A stretch of DNA of 64,000 nucleotides from a virus (IMGVR_UViG_2645727757_000001:64001-128000), one strand, 5' to 3'; shown: positions 33,013 to 43,248, counted from the stretch's first letter. Notes: generated by a model from the letters alone, not told the origin. Numbers and translations are program-made.

Positions 33013-33471
33013 TTATTTATGATAATCAAAAATACTTCCTATATAATGTTTTTCACCGTCTAATACATTATCTCTTATATAAGTATCTAAAGTATCATAT
33101 TCTCCAGAACTATATAAAACATAATAATCATTTGATTTACTAATAATATCTACTAGTCTATTCATAGGAAGAGAAACACAGAATGCTTCAAAATCAATGG
33201 ATTTATAAAATTTTACAAAGTTATCATATGACTTTTTAAAGTAACTTTTTTTAAATCCTTTTTCAAATGTTATTGATTTTTCTGACTTGTCATAAATTAT
33301 TCCATGAGGCTCTAACATGTTTATTAATTCAGAAATACTTTCTTTTATATTGTCATCATCTTTAACATAGTCAGATACTTCATCTACAAAGTATTCTTGT
33401 GCTGTTTCTATGTCTATTAAAGAATCCTCATTTATTTTTTGTGTGTCTATTTGAAAAATTCTAGAGTGCAT
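33013..33471 (-). CDS. Hypothetical protein
   Basis: MHSRIFQI...IG..FDYH, 152 aa. Confidence 0.6.
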   Translation of the reverse strand: MHSRIFQIDTQKINEDSLIDIETAQEYFVDEVSDYVKDDDNIKESISELINMLEPHGIIYDKSEKSITFEKGFKKSYFKKSYDNFVKFYKSIDFEAFCVSLPMNRLVDIISKSNDYYVLYSSGEYDTLDTYIRDNVLDGEKHYIGSIFDYHK

Positions 33472-33514
33472 TTATATCATCCTTTCAGTTACCGTTTTTA
33501 TTTTCTTTTGTAAT

Positions 33515-33841
33515 CTATTTATCTTCGATTAAACATATAGAAATTACTATATTATGTTCATCAACAATTAAATGTTGAAGATCAACATATTTATAGAAAT
33601 CATCTGATTCAAAATAGCTTTTTATTTTATCTAATATTAAGATAGCATCATCAAAAGACTTGACCTCTATATTTCTATAACAATTTTCCAATTGCGTAAT
33701 ATATTCTCCATCTTCAATTTCTATCATATATTCAAAACCATTTAAGCCATTAAAATCATAATCTATATCATTAAAGAAGTCTTCTAGACCATTTATAAAA
33801 TTATAAATAGGTATTTTATCAATTTTATGTTTATTACACAT
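33515..33841 (-). CDS. Hypothetical protein
   Basis: 108 aa acidic, AAGGAG RBS. Confidence 0.55.
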   Translation of the reverse strand: MCNKHKIDKIPIYNFINGLEDFFNDIDYDFNGLNGFEYMIEIEDGEYITQLENCYRNIEVKSFDDAILILDKIKSYFESDDFYKYVDLQHLIVDEHNIVISICLIEDK

Positions 33842-33868
33842 AGCAATGCTCCTTTGTTGGTTATTTTT

Positions 33869-34159
33869 TTAAGAATCTTCTTTGTCTAATATTAAAAGAA
33901 TATCTCTTTCATTTAATATTAAATAATCTTTATTCTTAGTCTTTATTGGTGTACCTGCAAAATTGGTAAATACAACAGTATCTCCAACTTTAACTCTCAT
34001 AGGTATCTTTGTACCATTATCAGAAATTGCACCATCACCTACACAAGCAACTATTCCCTTATTAGTTTGTTTATCTTCTCTTCCTGGAATAATAACTCCA
34101 CCAATCTTTTCAGCTAATTTAATTTCTTCTACTAGAACTCTAGCTCCTATAACCTTCAT
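33869..34159 (-). CDS. groES: Co-chaperonin GroES
   Basis: RVLV, GGVIIP mobile loop, G.V.CVGDG, VKVGDTVVF..FAGT, YLILNERDIL. Confidence 0.95.
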   Translation of the reverse strand: MKVIGARVLVEEIKLAEKIGGVIIPGREDKQTNKGIVACVGDGAISDNGTKIPMRVKVGDTVVFTNFAGTPIKTKNKDYLILNERDILLILDKEDS

Positions 34160-34233
34160 AATTTTAAATTCCCCTTTCTATTTAATATAACTATATTTTA
34201 CTATATTTTAATAGAATTGGAAATTAAAAGGAA

Positions 34234-34374
34234 CTAAGTTAATATAGATAAAATTAATATAACTAAGAATAAGAATAAAAACATTGAACCAAAGCTTAAT
34301 GTATACCAAAAGCCAAGTTCCTTTTCTCTTCTTTGCTTTTTTTCTTCTTTTTCTCTTCTTTCATCATCATTCAT
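34234..34374 (-). CDS. Small membrane protein (~46 aa, not in ORF track)
   Basis: AAGGAGG RBS; MNDDERREKEEKKQRREKELGFWYTLSFGSMFLFLFLVILILSILT. Confidence 0.55.
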   Translation of the reverse strand: MNDDERREKEEKKQRREKELGFWYTLSFGSMFLFLFLVILILSILT

Positions 34375-34431
34375 TTAAAATATTCCTCCTTTTAATAATT
34401 CCTCCTTTCAATAAATTAATGAACGATAATG

Positions 34432-34758
34432 TTAATGTTCATTAAAATACTTCTCTTCTAATAATGTATTTTTTAAATCCTCTTCTTCATAAGTACTTAT
34501 TCCATTACCGCAATTAAACGTACATATTGGACTATTATCTTTGAAGTTATATAATTCTGAATATATTTTTCCAGAATCATTTATAACTATTGAAGATATA
34601 TTTCGATGTATTCCGTTAGCTGCATCAATACTTATTTCTAAAATAGTATTATTGCCTTTTCTTTTTGATTCTACTTCTATTAGTCCTATATCTGTTATTA
34701 TTGCATCTAGTATGTTTTCTCTAATGTTAATCATCTTATCTTGTTTATGTTCGTCCAT
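34432..34758 (-). CDS. Hypothetical protein
   Basis: 108 aa, AGGAGG RBS. Confidence 0.6.
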   Translation of the reverse strand: MDEHKQDKMINIRENILDAIITDIGLIEVESKRKGNNTILEISIDAANGIHRNISSIVINDSGKIYSELYNFKDNSPICTFNCGNGISTYEEEDLKNTLLEEKYFNEH

Positions 34759-35004
34759 GAGCTATTCCTCCTATCGTTAGGCTAAATAGATACATTTATA
34801 TAACAATAAAATATAATATTAAATATTATTATTAAGTCTATATAAAACAAACTCTATAGCTTCAATCGCTTGGTTGTTTATAGTAGTTTAATAACTAATA
34901 TGAAAAGTTATATTAAATTATTTTTATATACCTTTTAGCTAATATGTGTATAGCTTGTTGCTATAAATAGAGTAACCTCTATGTAAAAAGAAGGATACTT
35001 AATA

Positions 35005-35229
35005 TTAAGCATCCTTCGTATCTTTATAATATTTACCAAAACCATTATAGTCATATTCTTCTGGTAAGTTTTCGTAATATTCTCTTACAAATTCTTCTGA
35101 ATATGTTTTTTTCTCTTTTACTTTATTACTTAAAGCATTGGATATTTGTTCTCTCCAATCTTCAATCTGACAGTCAGTAATATTATTTTTTTTGTTTTTA
35201 TTAAATATTTTTCTTAAGTATTTTAACAA
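35005..35229 (-). CDS. Hypothetical protein
   Basis: 74 aa, TTG start, AGGAG RBS. Confidence 0.5.
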   Translation of the reverse strand: MLKYLRKIFNKNKKNNITDCQIEDWREQISNALSNKVKEKKTYSEEFVREYYENLPEEYDYNGFGKYYKDTKDA

Positions 35230-35242
35230 TTAATACCATCTC

Positions 35243-35374
35243 CTATATTATACCATTATCTTTTGCTTTCTTTGCGAAATTAACAGTTCCTTTACTTATA
35301 AAATATGATAGCATTACTATTTTAAAACATACTATCGCTTCATAAGAAAAGAACCTTGAAAATAATGCTGTCAT
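35243..35374 (-). CDS. Small hydrophobic protein (~43 aa, not in ORF track)
   Basis: AGGAGG RBS; MTALFSRFFSYEAIVCFKIVMLSYFISKG... Confidence 0.45.
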   Translation of the reverse strand: MTALFSRFFSYEAIVCFKIVMLSYFISKGTVNFAKKAKDNGII

Positions 35375-35540
35375 AACTACCCTCCTAAATATTTCTTATA
35401 AAAGGCACGAACTCTGCTATTATTGTAAATAATTGTTTACTCATTAAGCATAAAAAGAAAAAGTCAACACCTAATGAAATTAAACCTTGTTTATATTCTT
35501 TTTCCATAATAAAAACCTCGCTACTAATTTTAATTATTTA

Positions 35541-35813
35541 TTATTTTAATATTGCATTCTTTACTGATTCTATTAAGCTGTCAACAACACCTTCTGTAGC
35601 CTTTCCTAAGTCTAATGATTCAAAAGCTCCACCAATATTACCTTTTAATACTAGTAGTGCATCTATAAAGTACATAGCTGTGCAAGAATAACCTGCAAGA
35701 CCTAATATAGATGCTATGCTCTTTTTACCTGCTGTTTCTATAACTTTTTTTGTAACAAAAGTAGTTCCAAACATTAAAACTACTTGTCCAAGTATTTTTC
35801 CTAATTGAGCCAT
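35541..35813 (-). CDS. SpoIIIAC/AD-like two-TM membrane protein (paralogue 5)
   Basis: TM-VIETAGKKSIASILGLAG-TM pattern. Confidence 0.5.
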   Translation of the reverse strand: MAQLGKILGQVVLMFGTTFVTKKVIETAGKKSIASILGLAGYSCTAMYFIDALLVLKGNIGGAFESLDLGKATEGVVDSLIESVKNAILK

Positions 35814-35865
35814 AATATTACCTCCAAAAAAATATAGCTAGTATTTAGCACTAGCTATATTATTA

Positions 35866-36051
35866 TTATAAACTAGAAAGTTTCTTTGCTAATGATGCAA
35901 CAGCAGAAACAGCAGTTCCACCCATTATAGAAATACCTAATACTTCTGTTAATTTAGCTTGACTACCTCTTCCAGAAGCTTCTAATACAACACTAACGAT
36001 TGTAGTTCCAAATCCAACACCTAACATAGTTACTATAGTTCCAATACCCAT
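35866..36051 (-). CDS. SpoIIIAC/AD-like two-TM membrane protein (paralogue 4)
   Basis: 61 aa: LGVGFGTTIVSVVLEASGRGSQAKLTEVLG resembles SpoIIIAC GxG...VL..xG+.xxA....L.G. Confidence 0.6.
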   Translation of the reverse strand: MGIGTIVTMLGVGFGTTIVSVVLEASGRGSQAKLTEVLGISIMGGTAVSAVASLAKKLSSL

Positions 36052-36108
36052 AATTTTATATCCTCCTCAATTTAAAAAGATTATTTTTATTTTAATTTTA
36101 ATATTAAT

Positions 36109-36297
36109 TTAAATAAGTTTCATAAGATTTTCAGCTAACAACAAAACTCCTGTAATTGTAGTACAAGCCATTATTACTATCCCTAATACTTCTGTTAGTT
36201 TTGCTTGATTATATTTGCCTAACGCTTCTAAAACAACACTAACTATTGTAGAGCTTATACCAATTCCAAGCATGGTTATTATAGTTTTTATACCCAT
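36109..36297 (-). CDS. SpoIIIAC/AD-like two-TM membrane protein (paralogue 3)
   Basis: Near-duplicate of 35866..36051 (TIVSVVLEA.G...QAKLTEVLGI). Confidence 0.6.
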   Translation of the reverse strand: MGIKTIITMLGIGISSTIVSVVLEALGKYNQAKLTEVLGIVIMACTTITGVLLLAENLMKLI

Positions 36298-36323
36298 ATA
36301 ACTCTCCCTTTAAAGTATGCTTA

Positions 36324-36500
36324 TTAAAGATTTCTTAACAGATGTGCAATACTGATAACGTAAGGAATCGCAACTAAAAATAATAAACCTACACCTATAG
36401 TCTCTGCTACTTTTGCTAAGAATTCCTCATCATATTTTCTTAATATTGTACCAAGATGTGCGATACCTGTACCAGCGGCAATAATTATTATTTTATTCAT
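36324..36500 (-). CDS. SpoIIIAC/AD-like two-TM membrane protein (paralogue 2; 58 aa, not in ORF track)
   Basis: AAGGAG RBS; MNKIIIIAAGTGIAHLGTILRKYDEEFLAKVAETIGVGLLFLVAIPYVISIAHLLRNL. Confidence 0.55.
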   Translation of the reverse strand: MNKIIIIAAGTGIAHLGTILRKYDEEFLAKVAETIGVGLLFLVAIPYVISIAHLLRNL

Positions 36501-36523
36501 AATTTTGCTCCTTTATTTAATTA

Positions 36524-36709
36524 TTAAAGTTTTATAAGTAGTTTTGTAATTGCACCAATGCTAATAAATGTAGCTACGCCTATCGTAGATAAGCTTGTAA
36601 CTCCTACTAACTTAGACAATGATTTCATATCATGTTGATCTAATGAATTACTAACTTGTGCGAGTATCATACTACTGCCGAGCATAATTATCATAGATTT
36701 TACAATCAT
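36524..36709 (-). CDS. SpoIIIAC/AD-like two-TM membrane protein (paralogue 1)
   Basis: 61 aa, same TM-loop-TM layout (IIMLG...LDQHDMKSLSKLVGV). Confidence 0.45.
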   Translation of the reverse strand: MIVKSMIIMLGSSMILAQVSNSLDQHDMKSLSKLVGVTSLSTIGVATFISIGAITKLLIKL

Positions 36710-36725
36710 AATTATCCCCCTTTAT

Positions 36726-37109
36726 TTAAATTAAATTTTTTTTAAGTTCTTTTATTGAACCTCCACTTTCTTTCGCAATTTCCATTGATGAACATACCAT
36801 ATTAAAAGCTGTTAAAACTCCTATAGAAACCGCAGCATTATATATGTCCTTCTCTGACATATAAGAAATGTTTTTCTTTAGTTTATCTCTTTTTAAATTA
36901 AGATTATCGGTATTTTTTAAAGACATTATCAATTTGTTTTTATCAATATTAACGTATTGTTCCTTTGAAATGTAAGCATTTAAAAAATCATTAGCTACGT
37001 TATCAATAACAGTACTTGTTACCTCACTAATGATGTCAAACAGTAAAATCTCTGTAGCAGACCTAAAATCTGAATCATTTGCTTCATTTTTTATCAAATC
37101 AAATTCCAT
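36726..37109 (-). CDS. Hypothetical protein
   Basis: 127 aa, GGAGG RBS. Confidence 0.6.
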   Translation of the reverse strand: MEFDLIKNEANDSDFRSATEILLFDIISEVTSTVIDNVANDFLNAYISKEQYVNIDKNKLIMSLKNTDNLNLKRDKLKKNISYMSEKDIYNAAVSIGVLTAFNMVCSSMEIAKESGGSIKELKKNLI

Positions 37110-37125
37110 AATAAATTCCTCCGAT

Positions 37126-37431
37126 TCAATTATTTTTATTTCTGAAAGATATTTTACCTTCTTGAACTAACTTGCGGAGATTATTATATTGATCTCCTAT
37201 CTCCTTATATTCTTTCTTTAATGGAGAAGAATTATTCAAGTTATTTTTCATTGAATCATCAGTAAACTTGCTCCTTGCAAGAGAATAGCTATATATTTCT
37301 TCTTTTTTCTTTTTAAACCATAAAAGATTTACTATATATTTAATCCAATTTGGTAGCAAATATATAAATAATTTACCTAATAAATATATAGCTATTAGTT
37401 GAAATATGATAGTTAATATGGAAATGACCAA
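37126..37431 (-). CDS. Membrane-anchored hypothetical protein
   Basis: N-terminal TM helix; AAGGAGG RBS. Confidence 0.6.
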   Translation of the reverse strand: MVISILTIIFQLIAIYLLGKLFIYLLPNWIKYIVNLLWFKKKKEEIYSYSLARSKFTDDSMKNNLNNSSPLKKEYKEIGDQYNNLRKLVQEGKISFRNKNN

Positions 37432-37744
37432 TATATCACCTCCTTGCTTTAGTATTTTTTATGATGGATTTCTTTTGTTGGGTATATTTACGATATACAA
37501 CGACATATCTATATAAGATATATAGATAATATGAAACATTAGTTTATATATAATAAACAATATTATATTAAGAACATATCATATGAATTACTAAACTAAT
37601 CACCTTGCGATAAACGATCAGCCTTCAATTGGCCTAGTCTAGCATACAGCATTAGAAGAGCAAGACACACAACATATCCATAATATATATTATTCATATA
37701 TATAGACAATATTTATACTACTAGATATAAATATTGATATGTAT

Positions 37745-37781
37745 AAAATAAGACCATTAAAAATTTAATGGTCTTATTTTT
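37745..37781. terminator. Bidirectional-type terminator after FtsK-like gene
   Basis: 17-bp inverted repeat aaaataagaccattaaa/tttaatggtcttatttt. Confidence 0.75.
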
Positions 37782-37785
37782 AAAA

Positions 37786-39363
37786 TTAATATCTTCTATA
37801 GGTATCTTTTATTCTATCTACATCTAAATCTATACTTATTTCAGAGTTATCGTTACTCTTTTTACTCTTAGTTTTCTTAGCTTTATCCTTTGATTTACCT
37901 TCAGTGTCTGATACAACTTCAACTTCTTTGTATTCTATTGCATTTATACTTTCTCCAATATCACCGCTATTTTCTTTTTCTATTTCATGGTACATTTCAA
38001 TTATCATTTTATCCATTTCATATTTTATTTTCTCTGCATTAGACTTTTTAGCTCCTGACTTATTATTAGGATCACTCTCATAAGCTTTTAATAAATCTTT
38101 TCTTAATTTTTGTCTTCTTTCAATCATATAATCTGATTTTCCAGGGATAAGATATTTTTGAATATTATTCTTTATATCTTCTGATGTTATCCAAGGTACT
38201 AATCCGTAACTTATGGTACTACCAAATTTATATGCAAATTCTCTTTGTTCTAATCTTAAAGCTAATTCTGGGTCATCAATAGCAACAGAACTTGATACAG
38301 CATTGTTTTGTCTAAAGGAAATAATCACTGTAGACTGGCTTTTGATGAATGGATCTAGGTTATCTTTAGTAGGTCTTTGAAGAGATACAATTAAGAATAC
38401 TCCAAGTGCTGCCCCGTATTGTGCGATACGTCTTATAAGCATATTTACTAAAGATTTATCATTTTTAAGTTCTTTGCTTTCTCCAGTACAAGCTTCATAT
38501 AAGGTTGATGCTTCATCAACAGCAACAATACAAGTTTTAATTTGGTCATTTGGATGTTGCTTATTGTAATCAACATAATTATCTCCTTTAAATGCCTTGT
38601 GCATAGGACGTATTTTCATTGTTCTTTCATTCATTTCACTAGCAATAATAAGTAAAGATTCTTTTATAGATTTAATATTATCTGCATATAAATTACAATG
38701 CGCCAAATCGGCGTATGGTTCTAAATCACTCTTTGAACCTTGAATAAGATTTAATTCAAGTTCTTCTGGAGTATAAAGTGATACTAAGTTTGTTATAATA
38801 CAATCTAACATCTTGGATTTTCCACTTCTGGTACCACCTGTCAATAAAATATGAGGTAATGTAAGCATATCAACAAATATAGGTTGACCAGAATAATCAT
38901 TTCCTAGATATAGGTTCCTAGGATTATTGTCTTTAGCTTTTAAAGGAGCTATAACTCTATATTTTAAATGTTCTTGTGTAGACATTATAAATTCTACTCT
39001 AACCATTCTTGAACGTTTATACCTATTTAATGTAACTAAACATCCTAAGCCATCTTGCAATTTTTCTTTTAACTCAACTAATTGAGTATAAGTTAAACCA
39101 GCAGTAAGGAAACATTCACTTTTATATCCATAGATAGTTTTTTCAGTAAAATTTAATCCATAAGTTTCGTAAAAATCATTTAAAGCACTTGAATTAACCA
39201 TTATTTTCATCCATTGTTCATGTAAATCTAAAATTGCTTTTTTCTCTTCTACACTTTTTAAGTATCTATCTATATATTTATTATTTTTCCTGCTAAATGG
39301 AATTCTTCTTAGCATTTCTGCAAATTTTTCATTATAAAATTTAGAATTTGATTTTTGATGCAT
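37786..39363 (-). CDS. FtsK/SpoIIIE-family ATPase
   Basis: PHILLTGGTRSGKS Walker A, EMNER, VAVDEA Walker B, LQRP. Confidence 0.85.
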   Translation of the reverse strand: MHQKSNSKFYNEKFAEMLRRIPFSRKNNKYIDRYLKSVEEKKAILDLHEQWMKIMVNSSALNDFYETYGLNFTEKTIYGYKSECFLTAGLTYTQLVELKEKLQDGLGCLVTLNRYKRSRMVRVEFIMSTQEHLKYRVIAPLKAKDNNPRNLYLGNDYSGQPIFVDMLTLPHILLTGGTRSGKSKMLDCIITNLVSLYTPEELELNLIQGSKSDLEPYADLAHCNLYADNIKSIKESLLIIASEMNERTMKIRPMHKAFKGDNYVDYNKQHPNDQIKTCIVAVDEASTLYEACTGESKELKNDKSLVNMLIRRIAQYGAALGVFLIVSLQRPTKDNLDPFIKSQSTVIISFRQNNAVSSSVAIDDPELALRLEQREFAYKFGSTISYGLVPWITSEDIKNNIQKYLIPGKSDYMIERRQKLRKDLLKAYESDPNNKSGAKKSNAEKIKYEMDKMIIEMYHEIEKENSGDIGESINAIEYKEVEVVSDTEGKSKDKAKKTKSKKSNDNSEISIDLDVDRIKDTYRRY

Positions 39364-39583
39364 TATTACTATCCTCCCTGCGCTTTTTAGAAGCTTGTAT
39401 AATTTTTCTACAATCCATAGATTTGTATTCTTTTACTTCTCTTATTTCATTTCCTTGTGCATCGTGTGAAATAACCTCAATTTTTGAAAAACCTTCTGTA
39501 TTTGTACCTTTCATAAGCATACAACCTACAATGCCACAACAAATTGTGCCACCAACCATTATTAATACATCGTTACTAATCAT
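39341..39583 (-). CDS. Small membrane-anchored protein
   Basis: N-terminal TM; overlaps the FtsK start. Confidence 0.6.
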   Translation of the reverse strand: MISNDVLIMVGGTICCGIVGCMLMKGTNTEGFSKIEVISHDAQGNEIREVKEYKSMDCRKIIQASKKRREDSNNASKIKF

Positions 39584-39641
39584 AAATTTCCCTCCTTAAA
39601 TAAAAAAAAGTTATGCACTTATCGGTACACAACTTCTTAAT

Positions 39642-40340
39642 TTATAAATATTTATTTATTTCACTAACTATATATGGAGCATAAAAATAAGCCTCAACTA
39701 ATAATATTTTTTTAAAAGTATCATTTAAATCTTTAAAGTTTACTTTATCAAAAATATTAATAACATCTATTTTGGGTAAATTAAAAAATGTATTAAAATC
39801 TAACCCGAAATAGTTCCAATTGGTTAAATTCATAAAATAACCAGATGGAAAAAACAATAAAGGAACAGGCTTAAAATTATCATAATAAAACTTTATATCT
39901 TTATCTTTATAATCTATAGTTTTATTATTTTTATCTCCAATGATAAAAAGAACATAATTTAAAAACTTATCTATATTGTTTATATCATAGTTGATACATT
40001 TATCAACCATATCTTGAAGTACTTTAATTTCACTAGATCCACTAGAAGTTTTTATGTTTTTTATTGAATACTTATGATTTTTAATAGCATCTATCCTGTC
40101 ATTTGTAATTTTATCAAAAGCTATTAATTGCTTAAAAAAGCAACCGTGATAACATAAAGATTTAAATGGTAATTCTTCAAATATGCAATTAACACCAAAC
40201 TTTCTTATATTATCATCATATATATCTAGTATCTTATCTCTAAAATTAACAAATCTAAAGTTATCTTTTCTTTTGACTATATTAATTTTAGATTCCATTA
40301 ATGAATTTAAGTCATCAAAGTTAATCTTTTTATCATCCAT
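39642..40340 (-). CDS. Hypothetical protein
   Basis: 232 aa, no motif recognised. Confidence 0.55.
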   Translation of the reverse strand: MDDKKINFDDLNSLMESKINIVKRKDNFRFVNFRDKILDIYDDNIRKFGVNCIFEELPFKSLCYHGCFFKQLIAFDKITNDRIDAIKNHKYSIKNIKTSSGSSEIKVLQDMVDKCINYDINNIDKFLNYVLFIIGDKNNKTIDYKDKDIKFYYDNFKPVPLLFFPSGYFMNLTNWNYFGLDFNTFFNLPKIDVINIFDKVNFKDLNDTFKKILLVEAYFYAPYIVSEINKYL

Positions 40341-40536
40341 ACACTATCATTCCCTTACTATTCTGTAATTAAATGGTAATATATATATGTTATTATGTCA
40401 ATTAGACATAGTATGTAAATAAAAGAAAGAAAAAGAGAAGAGATAATAATAAAACAATTAAATATCTCTTATAAACTCTTTTTAATTCTTAAACACTATT
40501 GAGCTAATGATAAAACAAAATTCTCAATAGTAAACC

Positions 40537-41034
40537 CTAAGAAACTTTAGAATCTTTTGCATTAATATTTTTCTTGTCATCTTTGTAATTTAAGTAAGAC
40601 ATATAATTTTCCTTAGCATATTTATAAAAATCAGATATACAACTATTACGATATACACCAGACTTTTTATAAGGCTTTTTTTGGAATTTATTGTTTGTCT
40701 GTTTCTTAGTGTTGTTTACATTAGCTTTTTTAAAATTTACGTTAGTATCTTTAACCTCGTTTTTATTATAATTAGAACTAAAGGTATTACTCATATTATC
40801 ATAATACTCTTGTTGATTCTTCTTATAATGTTTACCTTCTCTAGACTTAGCTACATAATAATTAAACTTATTACTAGCAAACTTATATCCTCTATTTCTT
40901 ATAAAGTTTCTTAAAGGATAAGGTACAAAACTAAGAGCTAAAGATGTCACAATTTTAGCAAGAACTAAAGTAATAACAGCAAATACTAAAACTACTAAGA
41001 TATTTCTAAAAATATTAAATATAAAATCCATCAT
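40537..41034 (-). CDS. Membrane-anchored basic hypothetical protein
   Basis: N-terminal TM, Lys/Asn-rich tail; AAGGAGG RBS. Confidence 0.6.
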   Translation of the reverse strand: MMDFIFNIFRNILVVLVFAVITLVLAKIVTSLALSFVPYPLRNFIRNRGYKFASNKFNYYVAKSREGKHYKKNQQEYYDNMSNTFSSNYNKNEVKDTNVNFKKANVNNTKKQTNNKFQKKPYKKSGVYRNSCISDFYKYAKENYMSYLNYKDDKKNINAKDSKVS

Positions 41035-41102
41035 AAAAATCCCTCCTTATCTTTAGTAGTATGTAAAAAGGATGTATCTGAAATCAAATACATCCATTAA
41101 TA

Positions 41103-42626
41103 TTAAGAATATGAAATAGATTTGGCTTTATTTTTAAATTTCTCTTCAAATCTACTTGTTTTCTTGACTTTGAATTTTTGTAAATTCTTATTAAAAATAT
41201 CATCATCAACTATGAAACTTCTTCCTGTATCTATACCATCTATATTTTCATAGACAAAAGTTCTTTTATTTACATCTAATGATATAGCTAGTTTTGCTGC
41301 TTCATCATTTCCTAAGGTAGTGTAAGCTGCTTCTTTGGTATTTTGTTTAAAGCATATTTTATTACATAAAAATCCTCTTAAACTAACACCAATAGAATCT
41401 TCACCAGCTCTTTGTGATAAAATAACAACATAAATTCCACTATTTCTTGCTTCTCTGCATAGTAAATTTAAAAGCTTATTATATTTCTTTTTCTTAGCTT
41501 TTATATCTGGAGAATCTGTATCATCTTCTTTGAAATTTGCAATTTCATCTATAATAAGCATTAATATAGGAAGTTTATTTTTTGCTATTTTATTATAGCT
41601 ATATATATTAGTTATATTTTCTTTACATTTGTTAAATAATGAATTTCTTATTTTGTGTTCATTCCTTAATCTCTCTAGTGATCCTATACATTTTTCTAAT
41701 GTTTCAGAATAAGAACAACATTGTTCTATATTTTTAAATGGTCTAAAATCTTGCTTATCAGTAAGCATATTGAAGAATAGACCTAATTTATCCTTGCCAT
41801 TTGAAAGACATGAGTTCATAAGTGCTGTCATTATAGCTATACTCTTTCCAGAACAAGGAATACCCCCAATTAAAGCATTAGGTAACTTTTTAAAATTTAA
41901 TATAATGTTCTTTTTAAAATTACCTAATCCAACACACAACTCATAAGGTTCAACCTTTACAGGTTTAAAATCATAATTAAAATTAACTTTTTGTTTTTCT
42001 ATATCTATAACAACTATATTTAAATCTTCATCCCATTTAATAATAGATTTTCCTAAAGATTTATCAATTAAATCTTTATGATTTTCTAGTACTTCATAAC
42101 TTAATCCTAGTGGTATATTAACTTTTAATCTATATCCAGCAACTTCTCCATCTACATAAATATCAGAAATATCTTCTATTTTATATGATTCTCCTATTAT
42201 ATTTCTAACTTTACTTTTATTTGAGAAAATTTTATCCCATATAAAATATATTTTTTCTTTATCATCTATAGGCAATTCATTTAAATGAACAATCATATTT
42301 GCAGATGTTTTATCTTTATTTAAAATAAATCTAACCTCTCCACCAAACGCTGATTCTATGCTAGATTGTAAAGATTTAAGGAAAGAAAAGTTTGTACCTT
42401 TTTTGAATTCTAAAGTGCTATCAAAACCATAAGACTTTATATCTATATCTGTTATTTCAAAAGTATCTTCTGATTTTCTATCAGTGCATCCTTTAATGAC
42501 ATCTTCCCATGATTCTTCTATTTTATTTTTTATCTTCAATGTTTTTCTAAAATCCTTAGTAAGATATGATATACCACAACACGCAATTCCTAAAAAGTAC
42601 AAACTAGCTAACATAATTTCATTCAC
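41103..42626 (-). CDS. FtsK/SpoIIIE-family ATPase with N-terminal TM and duplicated alpha/beta domain
   Basis: PNALIGGIPCSGKS, LIIDEIA, REARNSGI..I.SQR. Confidence 0.85.
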   Translation of the reverse strand: MNEIMLASLYFLGIACCGISYLTKDFRKTLKIKNKIEESWEDVIKGCTDRKSEDTFEITDIDIKSYGFDSTLEFKKGTNFSFLKSLQSSIESAFGGEVRFILNKDKTSANMIVHLNELPIDDKEKIYFIWDKIFSNKSKVRNIIGESYKIEDISDIYVDGEVAGYRLKVNIPLGLSYEVLENHKDLIDKSLGKSIIKWDEDLNIVVIDIEKQKVNFNYDFKPVKVEPYELCVGLGNFKKNIILNFKKLPNALIGGIPCSGKSIAIMTALMNSCLSNGKDKLGLFFNMLTDKQDFRPFKNIEQCCSYSETLEKCIGSLERLRNEHKIRNSLFNKCKENITNIYSYNKIAKNKLPILMLIIDEIANFKEDDTDSPDIKAKKKKYNKLLNLLCREARNSGIYVVILSQRAGEDSIGVSLRGFLCNKICFKQNTKEAAYTTLGNDEAAKLAISLDVNKRTFVYENIDGIDTGRSFIVDDDIFNKNLQKFKVKKTSRFEEKFKNKAKSISYS

Positions 42627-42852
42627 CTCTGGCTTTCTTAATTTTTATACCTATAATTTCAGTAATAATTAAAACAGAACCTATAGAAATAGTTGCAATA
42701 GATAAAGGATCAAGTGAACTTAACTTAGAAATAGCAATAGTATCAACATTATTTAAAACTTTAATAGCTAAAGGAGCAGAAACAGCTCCAATAGCCATAC
42801 ATTTTAAACTAGTACTAGGTTTATCTTTATAATAATCAACTAATTTACTCAT
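42619..42852 (-). CDS. Small two-TM membrane protein
   Basis: Two hydrophobic segments; overlaps the FtsK start. Confidence 0.6.
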   Translation of the reverse strand: MSKLVDYYKDKPSTSLKCMAIGAVSAPLAIKVLNNVDTIAISKLSSLDPLSIATISIGSVLIITEIIGIKIKKARGE

Positions 42853-42992
42853 TATATTGATTTCCTCCTATTCTTATATTGATTATCGTCATAGATATTT
42901 ACTAACTTTCCAGTTGAATCATCTATAACATCACTTTCTACATCACTTGAATATTTATTATAAATATCATCTATATAGTATTTATTTTTCAT
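42852..42992 (-). CDS. Small acidic protein (46 aa, not in ORF track)
   Basis: AGGAG RBS; MKNKYYIDDIYNKYSSDVESDVIDD...; overlaps both neighbours. Confidence 0.5.
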   Translation of the reverse strand: MKNKYYIDDIYNKYSSDVESDVIDDSTGKLVNIYDDNQYKNRRKSI

Positions 42993-43248
42993 TTTTCTCT
43001 TCTCCTGCGGCTAGTATCATACTTGCAGCTCCACCACAGAATACTGTAAAGTATGCTATAGTCATTCCAATTAATGAAGGTTGAGTTGATTGTGCTACAC
43101 TTGTATTTGCTATACATTCAAGAGTTTTATTGTTAAGTTGCATAAATGCGGGTATTATTACTGGAGAAAGTATTGTTCCACCTAATAGCATATTCATTCC
43201 ATTTCTAACGCTCTTTCTATTTGAATATTTTTCTAATAAATTTGTCAT
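42982..43248 (-). CDS. Small two-TM membrane protein
   Basis: Two hydrophobic segments; AAGGAGG RBS. Confidence 0.6.
   Translation of the reverse strand: MTNLLEKYSNRKSVRNGMNMLLGGTILSPVIIPAFMQLNNKTLECIANTSVAQSTQPSLIGMTIAYFTVFCGGAASMILAAGEEKNEK

Noticed and set aside
35541-36709. Holins or circular bacteriocins
   Set aside because: No endolysin, ABC exporter or immunity context nearby, and the loop motif fits SpoIIIAC/AD better; not fully excluded
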